A stretch of 29,742 nt of DNA from Planctomycetales bacterium (GTDB lineage: Bacteria > Planctomycetota > Planctomycetia > Planctomycetales > Planctomycetaceae), in assembly GCA_046152955.1 (NCBI GenBank), contig JBJXGA010000274.1:1-29742 (forward strand). Reading direction: 5' to 3'. Of this stretch, positions 8,476-16,440 are shown one piece after another. How positions within the stretch are numbered: the stretch's first letter is position 1; the number at the start of each line of letters is the position of its first letter. A program made the position numbers and the translations under genes. The notes below the pieces were generated by a model that saw only the letters and a program-made list of their open reading frames with translations, searched no databases and was not told where the DNA came from.

Positions 8476-10214
8476 TGCGCCTCCGCCTGCACCGCCTGAT
8501 TCAGAGTTTGGAGTTGCCGCTGCTCGTCAAGGAGCTCAACGAGCAGGCCTCGCGGCCGCGCACGTACCTGATCCGGTTCGTGTACGCGACGCTGTTGTTT
8601 GCGGCGGCGTGCGCTTTGTTTTTCGGCAACTTCCTGGGGGAGGGGGGCGGGGCCACCGGCGCGCTGGGGCGGGGCCGATTTCTGTTCGAGCGGCTCGTCA
8701 CGTTGCAACTGTGGTGCATCTACCTGTTCCTCCCCGCCATCAGTTGCGGCGCGCTGACGACGGAGAAAGAGCGGAATACGCTGGGACTGTTGCTGATCAC
8801 CTCCCTCAGCCCCTGGCAGATCTTCTTGCAGAAGATCCTGGGGCGGGTGGTTCCGATGCTGACGTTCGTCCTGCTCTCGTTTCCGCTGATGGCCATCGCC
8901 TATAGCTTTGGGGGAGTGACCGAAGATTACCTCTGGTCGGGGATTTTCCTGCTGATTCTCACCTGCCTGCAGGTGGGTTGCCTGGCGGTGGCCTGTTCGG
9001 CCTACTTCCCCTCGACGGTCGAGGCGTTCATCGGCCACTTCGTCATTTTTCTGGTGTTGTCGAGCGCTGTCCCGCTGGGCTGGGCGCCGGAGTTGCTGCG
9101 AAGGGCCGATCAGTTCACGTTTGGCATGACGGCCGCCTCGTCCTTTCTGTTGATCATGCTGACCGGCGGATTTTTCTTCGCCGGGTGGATGTCGGTCGAG
9201 AGCCGGGCGTTCGTCCCTCCCAAGAACGTGCTGCTCCAAATGTTCAAACGGCTGGATGCCTGGTTCAATGACATGAACAAGGTGACGGGGGGAGTGATTC
9301 TGGTTCGGGACGGCGACCCGCTACCGGGTGTCGCGCCCGTGGCGTGGCGCGAAACGGCCAAGAAATCGCTGGGGACGTTTCGTTACCTGTTCCGCGTGCT
9401 GGTGGCGATCGAACTGCCATTGTTGTTGATCTGTTCGGCGCTGCGACTGGCCAGCCCCGGGGGGGCCGACTTGCAGCCGGTCTCCGGGTTTCTCTACGTC
9501 TTGTGGATCCTGGGAACTTCGATGATCGTGGTCCACGCCGGAAGCCTGATCTCATCGGAAAAGACGCGGCAGACCCTGGACGTGCTGCTGGCAACTCCGC
9601 TGGAGGGGCGCGATCTGATCCTGCAGAAGCTGCGGGGAGTTCGCCGCCTGATGGGAGTGCTGCTGGTTCCCTTTTCGACGATCTTCATTTTCGAGACCTG
9701 GTGGAATCAGGGGGCCACGTTTCGATGGTTGTACCTGCCGTTGGCGCTCGCCTCGGTGTTGGTCTACCTTCCCCTGGTGACCTGGTTCGCATTGGCGATC
9801 GGGTTGAAAGTGCGGTCGCAGATGAAGGGGGTCATCGCGACGCTGGCGCTATTCGGCATTTGGCTTCTGACGCCAGTGGCAGTGCAGCATCTGGCAACCA
9901 ACCTGTTGGGAATGCCGTCGGGTCGGACGCTGCAATTCCTGTTGACGCTCAATCCCTCCGTGCTGATCCCCGCAATCGAATCGGCCGGGGGGGTGGTCAT
10001 CAATTTTCAGTCCAAGCAGGTGCAGCCCCCCATGCCGCTGTGGCTGGCGTTTGTACTCAACCTGGGACTGCACGGCGGGGCCTGCTACGCGCTCCGCTCC
10101 TGGTGTCTGAAACACGCCGACCGGCTGCTTGGTCGGCTGGGAACGGACGAAACGGCACCACCGCACGCCAAAATGGAAGTGAGCCCCTTGTCGGTGGAAC
10201 CGGTGGCGACTTAG
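8475..10214 (+). CDS. ABC-2 type transporter permease, internally duplicated (two fused 6-TM permease halves)
   Basis: Two homologous halves: TTEKERNTLGLLLITSLSPWQIFLQKILGRVVPMLTFVLL versus SSEKTRQTLDVLLATPLEGRDLILQKLRGVRRLMGVLL, and LVKELNEQASRPRTYLIRFVYATLLF versus VAWRETAKKSLGTFRYLFRVLVAIEL. About 12 predicted TM segments. Translationally coupled to the upstream gene. Confidence 0.7.
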   Translation: MRLRLHRLIQSLELPLLVKELNEQASRPRTYLIRFVYATLLFAAACALFFGNFLGEGGGATGALGRGRFLFERLVTLQLWCIYLFLPAISCGALTTEKERNTLGLLLITSLSPWQIFLQKILGRVVPMLTFVLLSFPLMAIAYSFGGVTEDYLWSGIFLLILTCLQVGCLAVACSAYFPSTVEAFIGHFVIFLVLSSAVPLGWAPELLRRADQFTFGMTAASSFLLIMLTGGFFFAGWMSVESRAFVPPKNVLLQMFKRLDAWFNDMNKVTGGVILVRDGDPLPGVAPVAWRETAKKSLGTFRYLFRVLVAIELPLLLICSALRLASPGGADLQPVSGFLYVLWILGTSMIVVHAGSLISSEKTRQTLDVLLATPLEGRDLILQKLRGVRRLMGVLLVPFSTIFIFETWWNQGATFRWLYLPLALASVLVYLPLVTWFALAIGLKVRSQMKGVIATLALFGIWLLTPVAVQHLATNLLGMPSGRTLQFLLTLNPSVLIPAIESAGGVVINFQSKQVQPPMPLWLAFVLNLGLHGGACYALRSWCLKHADRLLGRLGTDETAPPHAKMEVSPLSVEPVAT

Positions 10215-10231
10215 GGGCCCACTCCGTCCCA

Positions 10232-12052
10232 TTACGGTTTCTCGACAAACCACACGTTACGGAAGCGGACCGGATTGCCGTGGTCTTGCAGATACAGGGG
10301 ACCGGGTTCCGGTCCTACGGGGACCGGGGCGGCGGTGGTCGTCCGATGCGGCAATTCCAGGTCGTTGTGAATCACCACCCCATTATGGCGAACGGTGATC
10401 CGCGCCGGCCTGGTCACCTTGCCATCGGCGCCATAGGTCGCCGCCACGAAGTCGATATCATAGGTTTGCCAGGCCAGAGGGGGAAAGCACATGTTGAGGC
10501 TCGGATCGCGGACCGAATAGATTCCGCCGCATTCATTGTCTTTTCCCGCCAGACCAAACGAATCGAGGATTTGAACTTCATACCGTCCCTGCAGGTAGCA
10601 GCCGCTGTTGCCTCGCGCCTGCCCCTGATCCTGCGGCTGATAGGGAGTGCGAAATTCCAGATGCAATCGGCCGCTCTGGAACTTTTTCCTGCTGGTGACC
10701 CCCGGCAGGAGCAGGCCGTCTTCCGACATTTTTCCGCCGTCAAACGCGTCGGGGGACTTGCCATCAAACAGAACGATCGCCCCTTCCGGCGGTTTCTCAC
10801 CGAGGGTTGGGCTGGTCCGCACAACGCGCTTCAGCTTGCCGAGGGCGGACTCTCCCTGCCCGACGATGGAAAGCTCCCCATTCCGAATCGACGCCAGCGC
10901 TTCGCTCCCCGCGAAGGCGGTCACGCCGTTCTTCGTTTCTCCATCGGCTTCATGCTTTTCCTGGCCGTTCCAGCCATCCCCCGGCAGGCCGCCGACGTAA
11001 CCAACGGCGTGGAATTTCCCTCGCCCGCGGGCGATCACCTGTACGCCGAGCTTCAGCGCTCCGCCGTCGGTCTTGATCTCGCCCGCGTATTCCCCCTGGA
11101 CGAGGAAATCGGGATCGGTCACCTGGGCCGGGTCATCGGCCACCAATTTCGGCTTCTCCAGCAGCCCGCGCCCTGCCATCCAATCGGCGCAGCGCCCGGG
11201 CCAGGTCGAGAGTCCCGGTTCCTTGGCAGCCAGGCCCAGCCCGTGCCCTCCTTTTTCATAGATGTGCAGTTCGGCGGGAACCTTGGCTTTTCGCAACGCC
11301 ATATAGAAGAGGATGCTGTTTTCGGGAGGGACGCCGGTGTCTTCGCCAGTATGGAACAGAAACGTCGGGGGGGTCTTGTCGGTCACCTGCAACTCGTTTG
11401 ACAGGCTCTCCATCAATTTCTGATCCGCGTCCTTCCCCAACAGATTGTTTCGGGAGCCGACGTGCGTGTAGGGGGTGGTGAAAGAGATCACCGGGTAACA
11501 CAAGACGGCGAAACTGGGGCGGGCACTGTGCCGATCGATCAGGTCGCTGGCATCGGCGGCTCCCTCGTCGAAATGCGTGGCAGCCGTTGACGCCAAATGA
11601 CCCCCGGCGGAGAACCCGAGAATCCCGACGCGCTGCGGATCCACTCCCCATTCCTTCCCCCGCGCCCGAACGGTCCGCAGCGCCCGTTGGGCGTCGTGCA
11701 GCGGCGCCGGATGCTTGTAGTGGGGAGCGAGCCGGTACTTGAGCATGCAGGCGGTCACTCCCAGCGAGTTCAGCCATTCCGCCACCTGCTTTCCCTCATG
11801 ATCGACCGCCAGATGCCCGTATCCCCCTCCCGGACAGATGACCACGGCACACCCGTTGGCCTTGTCCGCCGCCGGTTTCCAGATCGTCAACGACGGCTTG
11901 TCCCGGTCTTCTGCCCCCGCCGCTCCCGGCGCCCCTTGCGGCCAGAGCAACTCGACTTGGGGCTCTGCCGCATTTCCGGATCGAGCGGAAAGAACTGCTC
12001 CCAGAGACAACACAACGATCGCGAAACCAAAGCGGCCAGTGGCAACCAGCAT
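10232..12052 (-). CDS. secreted fusion protein: alpha/beta-hydrolase esterase domain + C-terminal DUF1080 (3-keto-disaccharide hydrolase / LamG-like) domain
   Basis: Signal peptide MLVATGRFGFAIVVLSLGAVLSA. Esterase motifs ICPGGGYG (HGGG-type oxyanion hole) and GFSAGGHL (GxSxG). The C-terminal 200 aa carry the DUF1080 signature GNSGCYLQGRYEVQILDS...ECGGIY...WQTYDIDF...VRHNGVVIHN. Confidence 0.8.
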   Translation of the reverse strand: MLVATGRFGFAIVVLSLGAVLSARSGNAAEPQVELLWPQGAPGAAGAEDRDKPSLTIWKPAADKANGCAVVICPGGGYGHLAVDHEGKQVAEWLNSLGVTACMLKYRLAPHYKHPAPLHDAQRALRTVRARGKEWGVDPQRVGILGFSAGGHLASTAATHFDEGAADASDLIDRHSARPSFAVLCYPVISFTTPYTHVGSRNNLLGKDADQKLMESLSNELQVTDKTPPTFLFHTGEDTGVPPENSILFYMALRKAKVPAELHIYEKGGHGLGLAAKEPGLSTWPGRCADWMAGRGLLEKPKLVADDPAQVTDPDFLVQGEYAGEIKTDGGALKLGVQVIARGRGKFHAVGYVGGLPGDGWNGQEKHEADGETKNGVTAFAGSEALASIRNGELSIVGQGESALGKLKRVVRTSPTLGEKPPEGAIVLFDGKSPDAFDGGKMSEDGLLLPGVTSRKKFQSGRLHLEFRTPYQPQDQGQARGNSGCYLQGRYEVQILDSFGLAGKDNECGGIYSVRDPSLNMCFPPLAWQTYDIDFVAATYGADGKVTRPARITVRHNGVVIHNDLELPHRTTTAAPVPVGPEPGPLYLQDHGNPVRFRNVWFVEKP

Positions 12053-12160
12053 GACGACACCCTCGTGAGCCTGATGGAAGTCAGAAACGATGACCAGAAA
12101 CGATGAGGGACGAAGTTTAGCGAGTGTGAGGGGGAGAAGGGAACGATGGGAGGGGTTTGA

Positions 12161-12194
12161 ATCTGAAATCTGAAATCTGAAACCTCAGATTTCA
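12161..12194. repeat. AT-rich heptamer tandem repeat (ATCTGAA x3) containing a perfect 10-bp/4-nt-loop hairpin
   Basis: ATCTGAA units at 12161-12167, 12168-12174 and 12175-12181. TGAAATCTGA (12171-12180) - AACC - TCAGATTTCA (12185-12194) is a perfect inverted repeat. It lies in a 170-bp AT-rich island (12060-12232) inside an otherwise GC-rich locus. Upstream there is also a direct repeat CAGAAACGATGA (12082-12093 and 12096-12107). Confidence 0.5.
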
Positions 12195-12273
12195 AATCTC
12201 AGATTGCAAACTGAGAACTGCAAAATGAAAAATGCGAAATCCCGGTTGGCTGGGCGGGGCTGTCCCCTTCGGC

Positions 12274-12600
12274 TCACGACCGCAGGTATTTTCTGTACTC
12301 CTGGAGCGCGTCGTCATCGATTGCGACGTCGCGGTTGCCGCCGTAGAGGCGGTCGTTTTGGTCTTTCCGCGGCCTGGAGATCCAGAACTTGTCGCCGGAG
12401 TCAACGTCGAAGTAGTTGGACTTGAAACCGACTCCCTTGAGGCTGCGGAAGCGGCGTCCGCGATAATAGAGCGTCTTGCCGGACTTCGAGAGATGGACGC
12501 GGCCAATGCGGGCCGGACCTTCCAATCCGCGGGATTTGTCCTCCAGATACATGATCTGCGACCGCAACCGGCAGATGTCCTTGGGGAGTTGTTCGGTCAT
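12274..12600 (-). CDS. hypothetical small basic protein (109 aa), family not recognised
   Basis: MTEQLPKDICRLRSQIMYLEDKSRGLEGPARIGRVHLSKSGKTLYYRGRRFRSLKGVGFKSNYFDVDSGDKFWISRPRKDQNDRLYGGNRDVAIDDDALQEYRKYLRS has protein-like composition. The overlapping + strand ORF (12232-12900) looks like an antisense shadow. The stop is followed on the minus strand by a GGGG-acag-CCCC hairpin and T-runs. Confidence 0.5.
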   Translation of the reverse strand: MTEQLPKDICRLRSQIMYLEDKSRGLEGPARIGRVHLSKSGKTLYYRGRRFRSLKGVGFKSNYFDVDSGDKFWISRPRKDQNDRLYGGNRDVAIDDDALQEYRKYLRS

Positions 12601-12944
12601 GACAAGTGTTCCCTTGACGATGGTCCCAGGTGGCGATCCTTTGCGCGGGAAGAGTTCGCACCTTCGGAAAATTCCGTGAGTCTGCGGTCGTTCACTGAAA
12701 GCGAACCTCAGACGCCTCTGCCTGACTTCCTTAGAGACTTGCGCTGCCGAAGACACCCGGTGCGGCGTTTGGGTTCGGTGGCGTTCCTCCCTGCTGGTGG
12801 GAATCGCGACCCAGCGTGCGATGTCCGCCGAGCCATCCCCCACACCGCAACCACGCCCCGTCACCGCCGTTCGACAAACGGCCAGCACCCCCCTCCGTAG
12901 CGGAGCCTGCCAGCGTCCGCGAAAGAAGCCGCCACCCACCCCAA

Positions 12945-13006
12945 CCCCATGCGCCCAGCCCCAAGCGCCTAATCCCTAGCCCCCAACCCCTAGCGCCTAA
13001 TCCCTC
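12945..13006. repeat. C-rich imperfect tandem direct repeat upstream of the TolC-like gene
   Basis: AGCGCCTAATCCCT occurs at 12964-12977 and 12992-13005. CCCAACCCC occurs at 12948-12956 and 12981-12989. Confidence 0.35.
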
Positions 13007-13215
13007 ATTGCACAATGCCCCCCCGGAAAGTGTCAAAGTCTGCCGGTTATTCCGCCGATACTGACGATAGCGGTTGTATCGGCCGAGCGTTCGGCCATTT
13101 TTGCGCACTTCAAAGACTTCCCACCCGGCTCGGAGCGGGCTTGGGGGGCGGGGTGCGGATAAAGTCGCAACTCCAGGACATCAATCGGGTTACAGCCCGA
13201 TGGAACAGGCCCGTC

Positions 13216-15411
13216 ATGAGACTTTCCCGTCGTTTTCTACCGCGACGTTGCTGGAAGAAGTTGGTCAGTCTGGCTTTGGCTGGCGCCATGCTTCCCGGGT
13301 GTACGACCGTTGAGAAAGACCTGACCTACGTCGGGGAGTCCGATCTCCAGGATTACGAGGCGGTCGATCTCGACATCGCGCATCCCCTGGTGGATGACCC
13401 GTTGCCGGATCGGGTGTCGCTGGCGCAGAAACCCCGCAAATTGGGAGACCGCAGCCGCGACGAAGTTTGGGATTTGTCGCTGGCCGAGGCGATCCACCTC
13501 TCAATGATGAACAACAAGATCGTGCGGGTCCGCGGGGATTACCGGACGGCGGGAACGCAGGTCTACAGCAACGCCGACGGGGTGCAGTCGGTATTCGACC
13601 CGGCAATTCGTGACTCGGGGGTATTGTTTGGAGGACGCGGGGTGGAGGCGGCGCTGGCGCAGTTTGACACGAACTTCACCACCAACATGACCTGGGGTCA
13701 CAATTCGCAATACCAGAACAACATCTTCCTGGCCGGTGGTCTGGCAGAAGGGTCAGTCCTCAATCAGGACACGGGGGTGTTCACAACCCAGCTCAGCAAG
13801 AACATGGCCTACGGCGCGCAGCTCAGCATTGCGCAAAACTGGAACTACTTGTGGACCGATCAGCCGGCGCAGTTGTTCCCCTCGGTGTACACGGGGAACG
13901 CCGTGGTCAACTATGTGCAGCCATTGTGGGCCGGATCGGGCGCTGAATTCGCGCGGATCGCCGGTCCGTTCAATACCGGCCTGCAAGGGGTCACCGGCGT
14001 GAATCAGGGGGTGGCGATCGCCCGGATCAACACCGACATTTCGCTGGCCGATTTTGAAATGTCGGTCCGCAACATGCTCAAAGACGTGGAGGACACGTAT
14101 TGGGACTTGTACCTGGCGTATCGCACGTACGACACGACGGTCGAAGCCCGCAACAGCTTCTTGCGGTCGTGGCGCTTCGCGCATGCCAACAAGGGGGTGG
14201 GCAAGTTCAGCGATCTCGACGAGGCGCAGGCCCGCGAAGCGTACTTCGAAGGCCGTGTCGCCGCCGAAAACGCGCTGCAGGAACTGTACCGACTCGAAAC
14301 CGAGCTGCGCCGCTTGTGCGGCCTCCCCAGTTCCGACAATCGCATCATTCGCCCCTCGGAAGACCCCACCACGGGTGAGTTTCTCCCCGACTGGAACGTC
14401 TGTCTGGCCGAGGCGCTCACGCGCCGCGAAGAACTGCGCAAGCAAAAATGGAATATCAAGAGCCTGGAACTGCAGTTGCGCGCTGCCGAAAACGTGGCCC
14501 ATCCCCAGTTCAATTTCGTCTCCAGCTACCAGCTCAATGGGTTCGGCAATAACCTGTGGGGCTCCGACGCCGGGGCGGTCGGGGCGGCCGGAACCAACCT
14601 GCAGAGCGCCTACCAGACGCTGATGGCGGCCAATCAGCGCGGGTGGACCCTGGGATTCCAGTTCAACCTGCCGCTGGGCTTGCGGTCCGCCCTGTCACAG
14701 GTGCGCAACTACGAGCTGCGCGTGGCCAAGGCGCACGAAGTGCTGGCGATCCAGGAGGTCGAAGTCTCGCATGAGTTGACCACGACCTTCCAAAACCTGG
14801 CGTGGCGGTATCAGACGGCGCAGACCAACTTCAACCGCTGGCAGGTCGCGGAAGCCCAGGTGCCGGGACGCGAAAATCGCTACAAGACCGGCGTGCCGGG
14901 AGTGGACACCAGCGTGCTCCTCGACCAGTGGCTGCAAGCGCGGCGTCGCGCCGCGCAGGCGGAAGTCACCTTCTACACCAGCGTCATCGAATACAACAAG
15001 GCGATCCTCGATCTGCACTATCGCAAGGGAACGCTGCTGGAGATGAACCACGTCCACCTGCACGAAGCGGCGTGGGATCCGGAAGCCTATAAAGACGCCC
15101 TGCGCCGGTCGTGGGCGAGAACGTTCGCCATCGATGTCCCCGACATCGATCCCATCCGGACCGAACCGGAGGTGTTCCAGCGCGAAGGGGACATCGGAAC
15201 GATCCAATTCATGGGAGGGCCGATGATGGAATCGCCGATTCCCCCCGAGGCTCCCGAGCCAGAGGGACTTCGCGCCGGCCTGACTCCGCTGACCCTCGCC
15301 GGGCCGCAGACAGCGCAAGAGTCGGCCCCGCCCGTCCCCGCGGTTCCCTCAGCCCCGCCCTCCGATCCAACCGCCGACGAGGCGCCTCCTCTGACGCTGC
15401 CGCTGGAGTGA
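13216..15411 (+). CDS. TolC-like outer membrane efflux protein (OEP family) lipoprotein with long Pro/Ala-rich C-terminal tail
   Basis: N-terminus MRLSRRFLPRRCWKKLVSLALAGAMLPGC (lipobox LPGC). Two OEP-type repeats (SLAEAIHLSMMNN... and CLAEALTRREELRKQKWNIKSLELQLRAAE...). The C-terminal 90 aa are low-complexity P/A/E-rich. The track ORF starts at 13015; ATG 13216 gives the signal peptide. Confidence 0.7.
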   Translation: MRLSRRFLPRRCWKKLVSLALAGAMLPGCTTVEKDLTYVGESDLQDYEAVDLDIAHPLVDDPLPDRVSLAQKPRKLGDRSRDEVWDLSLAEAIHLSMMNNKIVRVRGDYRTAGTQVYSNADGVQSVFDPAIRDSGVLFGGRGVEAALAQFDTNFTTNMTWGHNSQYQNNIFLAGGLAEGSVLNQDTGVFTTQLSKNMAYGAQLSIAQNWNYLWTDQPAQLFPSVYTGNAVVNYVQPLWAGSGAEFARIAGPFNTGLQGVTGVNQGVAIARINTDISLADFEMSVRNMLKDVEDTYWDLYLAYRTYDTTVEARNSFLRSWRFAHANKGVGKFSDLDEAQAREAYFEGRVAAENALQELYRLETELRRLCGLPSSDNRIIRPSEDPTTGEFLPDWNVCLAEALTRREELRKQKWNIKSLELQLRAAENVAHPQFNFVSSYQLNGFGNNLWGSDAGAVGAAGTNLQSAYQTLMAANQRGWTLGFQFNLPLGLRSALSQVRNYELRVAKAHEVLAIQEVEVSHELTTTFQNLAWRYQTAQTNFNRWQVAEAQVPGRENRYKTGVPGVDTSVLLDQWLQARRRAAQAEVTFYTSVIEYNKAILDLHYRKGTLLEMNHVHLHEAAWDPEAYKDALRRSWARTFAIDVPDIDPIRTEPEVFQREGDIGTIQFMGGPMMESPIPPEAPEPEGLRAGLTPLTLAGPQTAQESAPPVPAVPSAPPSDPTADEAPPLTLPLE

Positions 15412-15502
15412 TCCGCAGACGCCGGGGGAGGCTAAGGGATCTTAGAGTCGAATCGAGTCCGAGTTGCCGGGCCGTCTGCTCGGTCCATTCGTCTCTGATC
15501 TG

Positions 15503-15871
15503 CTACTCCGACGTCGCCACTTCGAGAACCAGCGTGTTCTTCCGTCTGGACGCTTTCTGACCCTGCTTGGCCTTTGCAGTTTTGACGACGATCTTTCCGC
15601 CCGCTGCCGTGAAAGCCCGAATGAGTTGGTCCATCGAGACGTCGGACGCTGCCCGTTCGATCTTTGCGACGCGCGGCTGGCTCGTTTTGAGTATTGCCCC
15701 GAGCTGCCTTTGAGACAGATGGAGGGCTTCACGCTGCCGTCGAACTGCTTGGGCGAGTTCGACGCGCGTTTCCAAAAGCTGAGTTTCATCATCACTCATC
15801 CCGAGGAAATCAGCAGCGTCGCCAACCTTCCAGCCCGCCGCTTCAAGCGCTTTGCGTTTTGTGGCATCCAT
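15503..15871 (-). CDS. type II antitoxin, XRE-family HTH (HigA-like) partner of a Gp49/HigB-like toxin
   Basis: N-terminal MDATKRKALEAAGWKVGDAADFLGMSDDE motif is typical of these antidotes, as is the HTH segment LSQRQLGAILKTSQPRVAKIE. SD GAGGA 8 nt upstream of ATG 15871. An alternative ATG at 15895 would overlap the toxin by 14 nt. Confidence 0.75.
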   Translation of the reverse strand: MDATKRKALEAAGWKVGDAADFLGMSDDETQLLETRVELAQAVRRQREALHLSQRQLGAILKTSQPRVAKIERAASDVSMDQLIRAFTAAGGKIVVKTAKAKQGQKASRRKNTLVLEVATSE

Positions 15872-15881
15872 CAGTCGATCC

Positions 15882-16271
15882 TCACTTCCCGGCATGCTTT
15901 CTGGACGCTTTGACCGCCTCGTCGTACCGTTTTAGTCTCGCTTGGCAACGCTCGATGACCTCGTCCGGGATCTTCTGAGTCTTCTTGGCGTAAACGTCGA
16001 GAATCAGGATGGCGTCAGAGTCGATGCGATACATGACTCGCCAATTGTGGTCCGCGTCTCGAACTCGCAATGCTCCGCAGCGCTTGCCAACGTCCGTCAG
16101 CGACTCTGACTGAGGCATTCCCAGTTGTTCGCCGAGTTGCAGCAGACGCAGGAGCATCCCGGCTTCCTGTCGCCCTCCTGCGGTGAACGGTGGTGTTTTG
16201 ATCTCGCCATGCAGCCAGACCAACGGCTTCGGAGTCGGCGTTTCCACCTCCGCCAGTTGCGCTTTCGCCAT
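15882..16271 (-). CDS. type II toxin, RelE/ParE superfamily, phage Gp49-like / HigB-like (DUF891-type)
   Basis: Motifs PPFTAGGRQEAGMLLRLLQLGEQLG...ALRVRDADHNWRVMYRIDSDAILILDVYAKKTQKIPDEVIERCQARLKRY. ATG 16271 is preceded by GAAGGGGGG. The track start at 16325 lies upstream of the promoter, so the shorter start is preferred. Confidence 0.75.
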   Translation of the reverse strand: MAKAQLAEVETPTPKPLVWLHGEIKTPPFTAGGRQEAGMLLRLLQLGEQLGMPQSESLTDVGKRCGALRVRDADHNWRVMYRIDSDAILILDVYAKKTQKIPDEVIERCQARLKRYDEAVKASRKHAGK

Positions 16272-16296
16272 ACGAGCCCCCCCTTCAAGCAAGTGG

Positions 16297-16325
16297 AGTG
16301 TATACCGGATATGGTATATTGTCAA
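16297..16325 (-). promoter_or_regulatory. sigma70-like promoter of the toxin-antitoxin operon with overlapping inverted-repeat operator
   Basis: Minus strand: TTGACA (16325-16320), then a 17-nt spacer, then TACACT (16302-16297); alternatively a 15-nt spacer and TATACA. Inverted repeat TATACC-N6-GGTATA at 16301-16318 overlaps the -10/spacer. An AT-rich patch stands out in GC-rich DNA. Confidence 0.55.
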
Positions 16326-16440
16326 TCTCGGGAAAATTGTCTCTGGTGGACAGCCTGCCGCCGCTTGACAAGGCTCCCTGCCAGCGTCATCGTCAAGTCG
16401 CCGGTCAGACGACTGGCCTGGCGCGCCGGGGAGGGGAGCG

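Noticed and set aside
7165-9239. Minus-strand ORFs 7165-8190 and 8004-9239 (341 and 411 aa)
   Set aside because: Antisense to the translationally coupled exported-protein and permease genes. Arg/Gln/Pro-rich low complexity.
9344-11401. 685-aa + strand ORF
   Set aside because: Antisense to the ABC-2 permease and the esterase-DUF1080 gene, and spans their convergent junction. Gly/Arg/Ala-rich with no motifs.
12232-12900. 222-aa + strand ORF overlapping the small basic minus-strand ORF
   Set aside because: Ala/Val/Arg-rich shadow composition. The minus-strand frame has balanced, protein-like composition and a defined ATG, so the + frame is judged spurious with moderate certainty.
13753-15318. 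Minus-strand ORFs 13753-14502, 14004-14513 and 14695-15318, and + strand ORF 14054-14623
   Set aside because: All lie inside the TolC-like gene in other frames or on the other strand. No motifs.
15412-15502. Small palindrome CTAAG-GGAT-CTTAG and GAGTC repeats between the convergent TolC-like and antitoxin genes
   Set aside because: Only a 5-bp stem and no U-tract. Too weak to call a terminator or a site.
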